Position numbers and translations under genes: made by a program. A stretch of 64,000 nucleotides of DNA from a virus. Shown here piece after piece: positions 1 to 10,369 of the stretch; positions within the stretch are counted from its first letter, which is position 1, and each line of letters opens with the position of its first letter. The notes under the pieces were generated by a model. It was not told where the DNA came from. It did not search any database and saw only the letters and a program-made list of their open reading frames with translations. The stretch is taken from IMG/VR virus record IMGVR_UViG_3300036800_000073, positions 1-64,000 of that record; one strand, written 5' to 3'.

Positions 1-237
1 CGACTGGCGACGTTCACACATTTGCCGGTGTTGCGCGTCCGAAACAACCCGGCCTTCGAGAGCTGCGCCGATCTTCCTGCTGCGATGGTGGCCACGAATG
101 AAAGTGTTGGCTCTACCATTACGCGTATACTCGACCGGGCAGTCGCATCCGCAGGCGCAAAGAACAAAGTGGAAAGGGCAGTCGCCCTCTCCACAGATGC
201 AATGCTCCGGCGATTTGGCGGCTCTTGAGACAGTCAT
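1..237 (-). CDS. Partial Cys-rich protein (LCACGC...FIRGH motif, typical of N-termini of phage HNH/NUMOD-type proteins); runs off window
   Basis: Manual translation from ATG at 237: MTVSRAAKSPEHCICGEGDCPFHFVLCACGCDCPVEYTRNGRANTFIRGH; starts 3 nt after the radical SAM stop. Confidence 0.6.
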   Translation of the reverse strand, partial: MTVSRAAKSPEHCICGEGDCPFHFVLCACGCDCPVEYTRNGRANTFIRGHHRSRKIGAALEGRVVSDAQHRQMCERRQS

Positions 238-240
238 TGG

Positions 241-1086
241 CTAGTGATGCTGTTGGACCCGAAGAGGGTTGTGGTATCCCTTCGGCAAGTATGGCTGGAG
301 ATCACGCTTGATGTAGTGGGCGACATTCAGTTTGGCGCATAGGTCAATCATGCGCAACGTGTAATCACGCCAATCAGTCGTGCGCGTGATCTCTTTCAGA
401 TAATTAGCCCTCCCCACCTTGAAAAGATCGACAAAACCATGCGTGGCTTCAACCAGAGCAAGGCTGGAGTCGATATCGAGAGTCGGCTCCAACGATACCC
501 AGGTAAAGATGCCGCGGTCGTGAAAATGTTTGAGCGTGGCGATTCTGTCGCCAGGGAGAGCCGCGTTGGTTTCCCATTTTCTGGAGAATGAATCGTCCAG
601 AGTAGTGAGTGTCGAGGCGAAGCAATCTCGGTCCGCGCGGTATAGGTCTATATCTTCAAGCGCTCTCGAACCGCCTTTCGTCAGTATGCAAATTCCCATG
701 CCATGGTCTTGAACGATCTTGAGCGATGGACGTGTCAGGGAGCGATTTGAGTTCTGATAGAGGTCGGTCGTAAAGGAGAAAAATACCTGTTCCGTAATTC
801 CTGCGGCCTGGTACTTCCTCGCGTCCTTGCGAAGTTTCTCCAAGTAATTCGGTCGCGGAATCGCGGCTGCATCGAATTCGATGCGGTCCATTTTGAGCAC
901 GTTTGGTACGTAGCAATATTTGCAACCATGGGAGCAACCCCTATAGGGGTTTGCTGCCAATGGAGCATATTCTCCGGCCTGTCCCTTGGGAGCGTAGATG
1001 TATTCGCAACCAGGCAACGCCGAGCTGACCTGGGGAGTGTCCGGGGCGGTGTCGATTTGGAACAATTCGGTTTGCATGGTTCTCAT
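241..1086 (-). CDS. Radical SAM protein (SPL-like/phage family)
   Basis: NPYRGCSHGCKYCY = CxxxCxxC; ILTK and VSLEP motifs. Confidence 0.88.
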   Translation of the reverse strand: MRTMQTELFQIDTAPDTPQVSSALPGCEYIYAPKGQAGEYAPLAANPYRGCSHGCKYCYVPNVLKMDRIEFDAAAIPRPNYLEKLRKDARKYQAAGITEQVFFSFTTDLYQNSNRSLTRPSLKIVQDHGMGICILTKGGSRALEDIDLYRADRDCFASTLTTLDDSFSRKWETNAALPGDRIATLKHFHDRGIFTWVSLEPTLDIDSSLALVEATHGFVDLFKVGRANYLKEITRTTDWRDYTLRMIDLCAKLNVAHYIKRDLQPYLPKGYHNPLRVQQHH

Positions 1087-1105
1087 CCTTCCAGTCGAAT
1101 AATAA

Positions 1106-1441
1106 TTATGCCGTCTTCTTCTTCCGGACCCGTGGCTTCTTCGAGGCCCACGGGTTGTTGGGACAGCGGGGAATGTGAAGGTGCATGGCCGTCTCGGAGA
1201 ATTCCCTCGTGCAGAACCGGCACGGTGTCAGCTTGATATCGCTGCGGGTAGCCCGGCGATTCGGATTCTTCGTGCAGCGGTTGCGATGCACGCGCATGGC
1301 CACGGTCCCAAACTCCCTGCCGCAAAACTCGCAAGGCGTGAGTACCGGCTTGCGGCCCGCACCTTGGATCGCCACGCGGCGAGCGTAATCCTTCGTGCTC
1401 ACCGGGATCACGGTGTCGCAGTTCGGGCAAGTGACGTTCAT
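1106..1441 (-). CDS. Small zinc-finger protein with two C2HC repeats
   Basis: CPNC; CEFCGREF..HRNRC and CRFCTREF..HIPRC; RBS and promoter upstream. Confidence 0.75.
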   Translation of the reverse strand: MNVTCPNCDTVIPVSTKDYARRVAIQGAGRKPVLTPCEFCGREFGTVAMRVHRNRCTKNPNRRATRSDIKLTPCRFCTREFSETAMHLHIPRCPNNPWASKKPRVRKKKTA

Positions 1442-1803
1442 AACGGTTCTCCTATCTCTATTATATTCGCAAATCCGATTGATGTATACATCTTGAGGGA
1501 ACGCTGGCGACGGCGGGTGCGGTTGAGATAGAGATTGGAGGCGTTGACGCTATGCACCGCGCCCGCCGCATAGAATAGGTTCGCGCGTTCCGCCTCGCCG
1601 CCGAGCGGTGCGATAACCTGGACCGTGACCGAAGACGGCCAGCCAGCGCTGTTCGTTGCCGTAGACTTCGCCAGCACCTTGACCATGGCTCCATCCTTGT
1701 CATAGAAGCTCGACAAGAAGTATGTGCCGCCGATCACAATGGCATTGGTCTTTGCAATGGAATTCCGTTTTGCCGTCTTTAGATCGAATCTGAATCGTGG
1801 CAT
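1438..1803 (-). CDS. Hypothetical phage protein
   Basis: MPRFRF start with AGGAG RBS downstream of an operator-bearing promoter. Confidence 0.6.
   Translation of the reverse strand: MPRFRFDLKTAKRNSIAKTNAIVIGGTYFLSSFYDKDGAMVKVLAKSTATNSAGWPSSVTVQVIAPLGGEAERANLFYAAGAVHSVNASNLYLNRTRRRQRSLKMYTSIGFANIIEIGEPL
1460..1488 (-). promoter_or_regulatory. Early promoter with 17-bp operator (1468-1484)
   Basis: TATAAT -10; CATCAATCGGATTTGCG. Confidence 0.65.
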
Positions 1804-1825
1804 CGTATCTCCTGATTCCATCTTT

Positions 1826-1854
1826 AGGATAGCATTATTCGGAATGATGTGCAA
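1826..1854 (-). promoter_or_regulatory. Early promoter with operator (1833-1849)
   Basis: TTGCAC-17-TATCCT; CATCATTCCGAATAATG. Confidence 0.75.
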
Positions 1855-1876
1855 GGGATAAATGGCGCACACCCTG

Positions 1877-2260
1877 TTAGGTGTGGGAGCCGGGTCGCCG
1901 GTAGCCGTACAACTCTGGTGGAGCATGGGGAAGGTCCAGCCGATCCGGGAGCTGGGAGAAGTCGCTGAGGTCCTGCTCATAGAGCCATGCGAGAAACGGC
2001 TCGAACATGGGGCACACCCAGATGCGATGTTTGTCCAGATCGGCGCTGGCGACGCCGCCTGGCTTGAAATAGGCTCCCTCGCCAGTCTGCAAATCCAGCA
2101 CCCACAGGTGCTCTGGCGTCCAGCCGCACACGCCGAGCAGGGCTGTGCGCCTGTAGGGGTCCATCACCGCGCGCCTCTGCCATTCGGTGTCTGGACGGAG
2201 GAGCAGGAATTTTCCCCAATTAAACTGCCGGTTCGTCACTTCGATAATCTTCGAAATCAT
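1877..2260 (-). CDS. Hypothetical phage protein
   Basis: 127-aa ORF in tightly packed minus-strand gene run. Confidence 0.6.
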   Translation of the reverse strand: MISKIIEVTNRQFNWGKFLLLRPDTEWQRRAVMDPYRRTALLGVCGWTPEHLWVLDLQTGEGAYFKPGGVASADLDKHRIWVCPMFEPFLAWLYEQDLSDFSQLPDRLDLPHAPPELYGYRRPGSHT

Positions 2261-2498
2261 CAGTCCATCTCGATTGCCGGAGGATATATATATGCCGTAG
2301 TATCAGCGATCACTTGTACCATTTGCATCCTTGCGGATTCAGGGGTGTCGAATACAGGTTCGGTCGAGATGAGGATCTTGAATCGGTGCATCTCGCCACG
2401 GGTAATAAATCCCCGATATTTGCCATTGCGGTTGGGGCCTGCACTGGTTGCGATCACGTCATTAGGGTTCCCTGCTATCTCGTATGCTGTCAGCCTCG

Positions 2499-2738
2499 TC
2501 ATCTGCGCCTCGCCTTCTTGGCTTTCTTGTCCGCGACCGCCTGATTCACGGACAGTCTGACGGCACAATGATAGATCGCAGCCGGGGAGATTAGAAAACT
2601 AGACCTTAATCCCTTGAGGCGTACCGACACTGCATAGGGACTGAAGTCCATGGTGATTTCGCGATGCTTGCCTTGTTCGCGGACGGTATCGCTAAACTCG
2701 ACCGAGAGCCTGGTCTTCCGTTTCGCTAGACTTGTCAT
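2499..2738 (-). CDS. Small basic hypothetical protein
   Basis: RBS; overlapping stop/start with the next gene. Confidence 0.55.
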   Translation of the reverse strand: MTSLAKRKTRLSVEFSDTVREQGKHREITMDFSPYAVSVRLKGLRSSFLISPAAIYHCAVRLSVNQAVADKKAKKARRR

Positions 2739-4031
2739 CGTTCCCTCCTAGTTGATGTAAGCTGGCGCTTCGACCGAGTAGATGCCGACCAGCATGGCCA
2801 CTAACTCCGGCATGTCGTCGACCGCCGTGGCGATGTGCACCGTCAGGTCCGATGCTCCTCGGATGGCCATGGTCTGTGCATCGATCACGGCTTTAAGTTG
2901 CTCAGCGTCCGCGATCATGTGCTGCGAGTTAAACTCGGCGAGCACGGGTCCGCCCATGGTGCGAATTCTCAGTGTGATTTCCAAGTTGGCTCCGTTCCGC
3001 TTGTGGTGATCCGCATGGAGAACATGCCTTTCGCCGTCGCCATGTTTTGCAGATAATCGGCCGCAAGTTCCGCCTGTTCGCCGATGAATCGGATCACCAT
3101 GTAGCGTGCGCCACTCCGCTGTTCAAAATCGCTGTTCATATCGACCTGGAATCGCTGCATAGCGATGCCCGCGTAGACTGAGGCGTTGTGCAGCCTGGTT
3201 TCATCCTGGCCGATCTCGATGCTCACCGATGGGTCCATGATCTTCCTCCAAGATAATCATTATGCTGCGTTGCCAAGCGTGGCATAATGCCGCTCCCCTG
3301 CCCATGGCCCACCCGCCGATGACCAGCAGTTGCCGCACCCGTACTGGAAGTCATGGCCGCTGTAGAAGACGCCGGGATCGCCCTCTACCACGCGAATGCG
3401 AATGTAGCTGCGATCCTTCTCCCACTCAAAGACGGTGCACATCGCTTCGGCATAATAGCCATGGTCGTTCGGCTTCGGCTTGGCCTTGGGCATCATTGTC
3501 AGTACCACTTCCTGGGGTCGTATCCGGCGCGGACCAGGTATGCCTTGATCGCCTTCGCGGTCGGTTTGATTTCGCACGCCTTGGCAGCGGCGGCGAAGCA
3601 GGGGCCGATGTTGGCGCGACCGTGAAATGCCGCGCGCAGCATGGTGCGAACGGTGGTGGGTATGCCGCTGCGCTGATAGGCCATCGCAGCGCATTTCTTT
3701 TCCAGCTCGTACTCGTAAGCCGCGATCAGCCGCATGAGACTTCCGGGCGATCCGACTGCCGGAGCCCCGTTCGATAGATGGTTCATAGCTCGATCACCTG
3801 TCTCTCCGGCACCACGAAGATGCCCTTGTACGGATTCCAGTAGCCCCATGTCGTCCAATGTCGGCATGTCTCGCATGTGATGGGTCGCCTTCCGCTTCCG
3901 ATCCAGCTTTTCCGGCAGCACCGGGTTGGAGGAAACCACGATGTTCACGTTGCCCACGGCCAAAATGTCGGCCAAAAAGCAGCCGTCGTGCCCGCAGTAT
4001 TTGACCCATGCTCCCATCGCCGCCTTCGCCA

Positions 4032-4745
4032 TCAATGCACCGCCTTGCTGAAAAGTCCGGACTCGTCTTCCTCTTCTTCCTCGTCGTAGACGCTGCCCTT
4101 GTGGTCAGGGTCGGAGTCAGGTACGAAGACCGCCGTGATTCCCTTCTCCTCCAGTTCCATGTGCTCGTCCGAGTCGCGCATCGACTCCGGGAGAATCTTC
4201 TCGATCCGCTCCGGCTTCCACACCTTGAAGATGGCGGGAATAATTACGTTGCGAGCGCCGCGGCAGTCCGGGCAAAGGCTGGGAACATCCTTCTCGCTCA
4301 CAATGCCGGTGTGCTCGCACGTCGCGCAGGGAATGGTCATGCCGATGGGATGGGCCAGCAGAATCCACGTCTCGCCCAGCTTGAAGTTGCGCGGGATGGC
4401 GTGAATGCGGCGGCTGTATCCCAGGCCGTTTCCTTCGCGGTTGAAATCCTCCGGCGTCGGATAGAACTTTTCCCCGATCCAGAGCATTCCGGCCTTGCCC
4501 ATTTCGCTGGTCGCCATGCACAGCGGGCAGGGAAATTGATCGAGGCATCCGCGATGTACGCCGCCCACCAGTCCGGCCACATCGACCCAGGTGAACCCGC
4601 GCGTCTGTTTGAAACCGTGCGAACAGACCGGGCATACGGTGAGCGATATCGGGAGCCGGTCGCATGGCATCCCGCCTGATCCACTCACAAGATAAAGCCC
4701 GCCAAGTTTTCGATAGCCACATCCGCGTTTTGCTTCGACAGCCAT
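4032..4745 (-). CDS. Cys-rich hypothetical phage protein
   Basis: RGCGYRKxGGLYLV N-terminus, several CxxC pairs, acidic tail; GGAGG RBS. Confidence 0.7.
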   Translation of the reverse strand: MAVEAKRGCGYRKLGGLYLVSGSGGMPCDRLPISLTVCPVCSHGFKQTRGFTWVDVAGLVGGVHRGCLDQFPCPLCMATSEMGKAGMLWIGEKFYPTPEDFNREGNGLGYSRRIHAIPRNFKLGETWILLAHPIGMTIPCATCEHTGIVSEKDVPSLCPDCRGARNVIIPAIFKVWKPERIEKILPESMRDSDEHMELEEKGITAVFVPDSDPDHKGSVYDEEEEEDESGLFSKAVH

Positions 4746-4756
4746 CTTGCCTCCCG

Positions 4757-5359
4757 CTAGAGCGTGGAAAGGAATGCGGCCAGCTTGATTGCGTGTGCCG
4801 CCGTCAGGTATTTGAGGGAGAATTCAATCGAGTCGGCGGAGTTGATGCGAACGGTCCAGCCAAGCTCGCTTGCGTCGATGTAGACTTCGCGCGGATCGCT
4901 GGTGCTCAGGCTTTCCTTGTTGTGCGTCCGCTTGTGCTTAGGTGCCAGCGCGTTTTCGATGGACTCAACCACGGTAAACATCGAAAGGCTCCGCTGATCG
5001 CGCTCGGCGGTCAGATTGTTGGCCAGCATGACCGCCTTGTAGTAATCGGGCAGAATGCGCCGTTGGATTTCGCGGGCGATGGCTTCCGCTCCGCGTGCGT
5101 ATGCCACGCCGATGTTTGGCATGGGTGCAGCCTCCGTCTCGTAGCGGGACAGTGTGCTATAGGCGTCCGACGATCCACTCACATAAAGCTTGCCATCCTG
5201 ATTTTGGCTTGGGCCGATGTGCAACTCCTCGCCGCTCGGTCCCCGCAGCATGTGATTCTTCCAGGAGCTCTCCGGGTCCGGCGTATATGTCCAGCCCGCA
5301 CCGAGGCGCTTTGCCACTTCGGGGAGAAGCTGGACAAGTTCTGTTTCGGAAATCTTCAT
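4757..5359 (-). CDS. Hypothetical phage protein
   Basis: MKISETEL start overlapping the upstream stop. Confidence 0.6.
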   Translation of the reverse strand: MKISETELVQLLPEVAKRLGAGWTYTPDPESSWKNHMLRGPSGEELHIGPSQNQDGKLYVSGSSDAYSTLSRYETEAAPMPNIGVAYARGAEAIAREIQRRILPDYYKAVMLANNLTAERDQRSLSMFTVVESIENALAPKHKRTHNKESLSTSDPREVYIDASELGWTVRINSADSIEFSLKYLTAAHAIKLAAFLSTL

Positions 5360-6005
5360 GGCTTGCTCCAAGCGAACAGTGTTCGCATGTTCTTGTACTG
5401 GCCGGTGTGCGTGACGATGGAGAGTGAAAGCATTGCGGGTATCGCCTGATAGAAGCGGACGCACGCCTGTAGCTCTTCGAGAGTGTCGAACTGGAAGCAC
5501 TCCATCTTCACTTTGTCGGTAGAAGTGATCCACTGGATTCCGGCGCGAATCTTGCCGGTATCCGAGTGGCTGAACATCTCCGGGGTGAGTGCTTCAAGCG
5601 TGGCGGTAGTCGTGTTCTTCATGTCGCCTCTCAATCCATCTGGAGATACTGCCCGCTGGGAAGGCCGGAAGCCCTCAAGGAGTAGTAGGATGCATCGGCC
5701 ATACGGCAGCGCCGGTTGGCCTGGCCGCGACTATGCAAGAGCATCAGTACGCGTCCGTGGAAAGAAAAGTCGCAGAGCGACACCACGATGCGGGTGGCGG
5801 AACAGGCGGCTATGATCGTGTTGGCTTGGGCCTTGTGCATACCCGGCACCCGAAGATAGGCGGAATCCATGTTGCAGGTTCCGCCGTCTTCGTGATCAGG
5901 ATGGGCGGCATCCGCCGCGTCCGCTGCCGCCGCCGCATCGAGCAGCGCGGCGATAATCTTTATGGAGTCGTATTTCACTTGCCTCGCCTTCCCAACCACA
6001 AGATA

Positions 6006-6034
6006 AGTGTAACACATATTTCCGATTGATGCAA
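6006..6034 (-). promoter_or_regulatory. Early promoter with operator (6015-6031)
   Basis: TTGCAT-17-TACACT; CATCAATCGGAAATATG. Confidence 0.75.
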
Positions 6035-6148
6035 GACGCGTTAGGATTTGGAGCGCCTTACGGCCAGCCGATAGAAGCTGGCCGGCCTCCTGCAACTCGC
6101 GTAGGGCGCGGCCAAATACCCAGGCCGCTTTTGTATCCGGCCAAGGTG

Positions 6149-6601
6149 CTAAGAATCTTGCGTTTGAGCGGTGTCATGCTTGCACATTTCCTCGATCCCG
6201 ATGTTGCTGATGATTCCGTAGACTCCAGTGCGCAGCGCGGTTCGCTGCACATAGGTCCATTGGAAGGGTATGCCAAAGTAGCCGCTGGCCTCGGGCAGCG
6301 TCGGATCGACGACCCTGCCGCGACGGTCGATGCACCAAGCGTGCTCGATGGGAATAAGTCCCATGTGGCACCAGCCTTCCACGTAAATCAGGCCGCGGTC
6401 GGCGTTCGCCGCCTTGAATGCGTTCATATAGCATTGGCCGCGAGTCCGACGCGGGCCCGCAAAGGTCTGCCTGCCCATGTAGTAGCGCCGCCCATGCTCC
6501 AGCATCAACGCATAGACCGGAGGATGAAAATGATTATCCACGAGCCTCAGGTAGTCGATGATCTGGGTAATGGCGGCGTCTTGTGCTTTGCGCGTGAGCA
6601 T
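6149..6601 (-). CDS. Hypothetical protein with papain/transglutaminase-like Cys-His motifs
   Basis: GQCYMNA...YVEG...HAWC...VVDPT. Confidence 0.55.
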   Translation of the reverse strand: MLTRKAQDAAITQIIDYLRLVDNHFHPPVYALMLEHGRRYYMGRQTFAGPRRTRGQCYMNAFKAANADRGLIYVEGWCHMGLIPIEHAWCIDRRGRVVDPTLPEASGYFGIPFQWTYVQRTALRTGVYGIISNIGIEEMCKHDTAQTQDS

Positions 6602-6910
6602 CCGATCAATCCTTGTACCACAGCAGCAGCCATGAGGCATAGGGCTCCGCGTGGAGTCCCGGCACTCGCGTCATGCCCTCCAGGGTAAAGAGTGTCTCGG
6701 TATCACGCCCTTCCACCATCAGTTCGTCGATGGCTCCAAACGGCGTTTCTTCGAGCACCACGCCAGCGTCGGCGCTGCCATAGCCGCGATCCTTGCAGCG
6801 GGCCTTGTCCCACACCGGAACGTTCATGCCCGGTATCAGCTTGTTCACGGCCGCTGCGAACTTCGTTGCTTGTGTAACTGCTGGCGTCATTCGGGTTCTC
6901 TCCAATTCGA

Positions 6911-7537
6911 TCAGATCACCATCACATTCGCCGCCGATGTCCAGTGAGCGGTGCCGTTCGCATCACGGATGCCGAGACGATCCGGCACAATCAGGTGTTT
7001 GCTGTAGCCGAAGTTGGGACTATACTTGGTTCCCGCGCCCTTCCAAAACACCAGCCCGGTCGTTCCCTTTGGAACCTTGCGGCCCTTGATCACTTCTACC
7101 CTCTTCCCCACTTCCGGGGTGACGTCGGCGATGCGCTCATGGGCTTCCTGCGCGGCCTTGGCCAGTGTAGCCAGGTGAGCTGCGTACTTCGCCATCACTT
7201 CTGGGGTGGCATCCGGCTTGCTCCCGTAGGCGGGATAAGTCCAGCCGCGTGTCGAGGCAAAGCAGATCTCGTGGAAACTTTCGGTCTCTGGATCGAACAC
7301 CAGCATGTACCAGTCGGAATCGTTGTAGCCGTTCATCTCGCGGTCGCTCACGCAGAGGCCGACATGCGTGTGCCATGTGAAGATCGTGAGCCCTTCCTGT
7401 CCATCCTGGTGCCCGCCGATCCACTCGCCGTGCTCGGCGTCGCACTTCGCCCGCGCTGCCAGCTCCGCCTTTTCCAAGGTATTGTCCACCGGCCAGAGGC
7501 TTTTCGCGTTGAAGGTTTCAAATCGGATGATCGCCAT
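6911..7537 (-). CDS. Hypothetical protein with C-terminal KOW/SH3-like motif
   Basis: VGKRVEVIKGRKVPKGTTGLVFW; GGAGG RBS. Confidence 0.6.
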   Translation of the reverse strand: MAIIRFETFNAKSLWPVDNTLEKAELAARAKCDAEHGEWIGGHQDGQEGLTIFTWHTHVGLCVSDREMNGYNDSDWYMLVFDPETESFHEICFASTRGWTYPAYGSKPDATPEVMAKYAAHLATLAKAAQEAHERIADVTPEVGKRVEVIKGRKVPKGTTGLVFWKGAGTKYSPNFGYSKHLIVPDRLGIRDANGTAHWTSAANVMVI

Positions 7538-7783
7538 TCGTCCTCCGCTTACTGAATGTGAATCGTGTCGCCGGTGGCATCGACCGCCGTGTATCCGAAC
7601 AGCGCGGTGTCGCGCCGAACATGCCGGGTTCCGAAAGTATTCGCGGCCAGCGCCTTGAGCAGCTTCTGATAATCGGTGTGCAGGGTGACGTTCGTGTGTC
7701 CGATCACCGTCTCCACCAGTTGCCCGTTCTCCAGAGTCGTCAGAATGATGTCGGCTCTCATTGGACCTCCTCACTACAGATAT

Positions 7784-7812
7784 ATAATAGCGCATTATTC
7801 CGATTGATGCAA
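7784..7812 (-). promoter_or_regulatory. Early promoter with operator (7793-7809)
   Basis: TTGCAT-17-TATTAT; CATCAATCGGAATAATG. Confidence 0.8.
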
Positions 7813-8372
7813 GGCAAATCGACGATTATGCGCTCCGTAAAGCAGTTGGATAATAAGCAGTTTAGTTGCTTCCGATAGACCACTTCTGGCAGATGGCGAG
7901 CACCCGGTCTACCAAGGTGTCCCAGGTTGGCGCGGGCAAGGCGCTGGTGTTAGGGCCGGGGTTCAGCAGCCGCTCGAACGGATATGGCAAGTCTGCCGCG
8001 ACGATGGGTTTGACTTGCGCTTGCGGTTTAGCCACGATGCGCCGCCTTCTTCGCCGCGTAGAAGGCGATGGCTTCGGCCCGGACTGCGGCGACCGCTTCC
8101 GGGGTGAAGTCGCGGGCATGGAGCGCGTCGAGATTCTTTTGCGTCGCCGCCACGTTCAGGGCTGGAAAGTGCTTGCGAAAGTCGCCAAACATCTCGAAGG
8201 TTGTCGAATTGCGATCCATGACGTACTCGACATGGGCGCAGGAGTTGAGGCCGCGATTGCCTTTGGTGGTCGAGAGCACAAGCTGAGCAGCTCCCATGTC
8301 CCCATCCAGTTCCGGCATCAGTATTACGTGCTTTGGGTCACGAGCCATATTCTGCCTTTCCTTGACAATTTA

Positions 8373-8401
8373 AGTATACACATAAATCGGATTGATGTAT
8401 A
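8373..8401 (-). promoter_or_regulatory. Early promoter with operator (8381-8397)
   Basis: TATACT -10; CATCAATCCGATTTATG. Confidence 0.7.
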
Positions 8402-8438
8402 CATAATTCGTAAGGCGATCTATGTCTTGGCCCGATTG

Positions 8439-9092
8439 TTAGAGGGTATTTGCGTTCCAGATGAAAATGCGATCCAACTCCGGCTGGGAGGCGCGAGAGC
8501 GCAGGAAACCTGGATCAAATTCCTGATGAGGCAGATTCATAATCTTTTTGTCGCCATGCACGGCCAGGTTGCCAATCAGAATGTACTCGACGCCGGAGGA
8601 GAGCAGAACGTCCTCCTGCACCCCATATATCGAGCCTTTCGTTTGCGCTGGCGCGTTTGAAACGCACCATTGCGTGATCCAGGAGCCTATCACCACTCGC
8701 GGCAAGTAGTGAGCCACGGCCTGCACCGCATCGAAGGTCTGCACCCAGGCCGGATAGCGGATCAACGGCTGGCCCATGAGCGCATAGTAGGCCGCTACGT
8801 CCGGCCATTCTTGATTGCGGCTGTCGGTTGCCGGGATGCCGAGATGAAAAGCCAGGTCGCCGCTGCCGGCTCCGATCTCGATGGCCTTGCGGTCGCCGAT
8901 CTTCGCGGAAAGCCATTCGACCAGTTCCACGGTCGGCAATCCGTAGCGCCCGTGCCGGTGGCACCATACGCGCAGGCTCGACCTGGGCATTTCATCGTAT
9001 TCCGCAGCGTGCAATAGACGAAGCACGCCGGTTTCGTCGAGCAGAGACAAATCGAGAAACGGCCCATAGAGAGTTTCGCCCGTCACTATCAT
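8439..9092 (-). CDS. Class I SAM-dependent methyltransferase-like protein
   Basis: AIEIGAGSG SAM-binding motif. Confidence 0.65.
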   Translation of the reverse strand: MIVTGETLYGPFLDLSLLDETGVLRLLHAAEYDEMPRSSLRVWCHRHGRYGLPTVELVEWLSAKIGDRKAIEIGAGSGDLAFHLGIPATDSRNQEWPDVAAYYALMGQPLIRYPAWVQTFDAVQAVAHYLPRVVIGSWITQWCVSNAPAQTKGSIYGVQEDVLLSSGVEYILIGNLAVHGDKKIMNLPHQEFDPGFLRSRASQPELDRIFIWNANTL

Positions 9093-9547
9093 GCCAGCAC
9101 CGTGCGGTTGGCGAGGCGCAGGAATTCAGCTTCGTCGGTATGCAGCATGAGGAGCTGGACCAGCATCACATCTGGGTCCGGAGTCCAACTCTCGGGATGG
9201 ACGCAATAGCGATATTTGGCTTTCCCGTCTTCGAGCAACTCGACGTTGTTGGTGCGCCCGCGCCTGATCCGGTAGATCTTATCGTTGATCGGCGTCTCAA
9301 AACAGCCATGCGCCCGGTATTGCACGATCTGCTCCGCCGTGAGCATGGTCAGCAGCAACTCCTCGGCCCGCAGCCGCGCCGCTTCCCTCTCTGCGCTGAT
9401 CTGGACTGGAATGATCTGGACTGGATAGTAATGGTTGCAACCCGTGGTCGACCAGGTGACCGGCACAGTCACGTAATTGATGCTGGTGATTGACGAGATG
9501 CTCGATGAGACACAATTGACCGTGTACCAATTCTGGACACAGGGCAT
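9089..9547 (-). CDS. Hypothetical protein (YCVHP motif), two genes downstream of the GG-terminal protein
   Basis: MPCVQNW start with GGAG RBS; YCVHP...DVMLVQLLML..DE..FL..AN. Confidence 0.6.
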   Translation of the reverse strand: MPCVQNWYTVNCVSSSISSITSINYVTVPVTWSTTGCNHYYPVQIIPVQISAEREAARLRAEELLLTMLTAEQIVQYRAHGCFETPINDKIYRIRRGRTNNVELLEDGKAKYRYCVHPESWTPDPDVMLVQLLMLHTDEAEFLRLANRTVLA

Positions 9548-9549
9548 GG

Positions 9550-9936
9550 CTATGCCTCTCCTGGCTTCGGAGGCCAGCGGTTGGGAGCGGATGGCACAAA
9601 CATCTCCTGGGCAACGATAGTCGCCATGCCGCTCTGTTCGCCGCGACAGGTGACCTTGCGCAGAAACACGGCTCGATAAGATTGGCTCGACAACTCGTGC
9701 TCTTCGGCGTAGGCGTGGAAGCCGGGCTGGTAAAGCTTCCCGTCGCCCGCGTTCAGCATAAGACGATGTTCCGCGGTCGCCTGAATCCATTTGTCGAGAG
9801 GCAGGTAGTTTGACCCGTTGATTGCGAAGCCGAGTCTCACGGTGTTGCCGTTGCCGGAGCCAGAGAAAGTCTTCCAACCGGTCACGATCAGCGTCGAGGG
9901 CCGCTCGTAGATTTCCGTGATCCTGGTCAGGCACAT
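9550..9936 (-). CDS. Hypothetical phage protein
   Basis: 128-aa ORF with GFHAY motif, packed between neighbours. Confidence 0.55.
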   Translation of the reverse strand: MCLTRITEIYERPSTLIVTGWKTFSGSGNGNTVRLGFAINGSNYLPLDKWIQATAEHRLMLNAGDGKLYQPGFHAYAEEHELSSQSYRAVFLRKVTCRGEQSGMATIVAQEMFVPSAPNRWPPKPGEA

Positions 9937-9938
9937 GG

Positions 9939-10202
9939 CTAGCCTCCTACCATCGGCGGAGACATGATGATGCGCTCGGCGCTGGCGTCGAAGGCGTGAA
10001 GCACTTCGCCGCGGTCGCCCCTGCGGTTGACCTTATAAGCAAGGTAGCGGCGAGCCTTCAATTCGTTGAAGCGAGCTTCGGCTTCGCCTACTTCGGCGGG
10101 ATTGCTCCGGTCCCACTGAATGCGCGTGTCGCCGTCTTTGTCCAGGATCGAAAGCGTGCCCACAAGGTCTGAGGGCCGGGTGGTGAGTAGCGCGGTTGCC
10201 AT
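9939..10202 (-). CDS. Small protein ending in di-glycine (PPMVGG), possible ubiquitin-like/sulfur-carrier-like
   Basis: 87 aa, GGAGG RBS, C-terminal VGG-stop. Confidence 0.6.
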   Translation of the reverse strand: MATALLTTRPSDLVGTLSILDKDGDTRIQWDRSNPAEVGEAEARFNELKARRYLAYKVNRRGDRGEVLHAFDASAERIIMSPPMVGG

Positions 10203-10369
10203 GTGACCTCCAATCGCGACGCCAGCACGTCATGATACTGATGGCAGTTGCCGCAGTAGAGATGGCGCACATCTTCGAGGTAGTACGACCTCATACCGCA
10301 TATCAGGCAGAGGATCGACTGACCGTCCGCCGCGATCTCATAAGTATTACGCAAATGCTGCCTCTTTGG

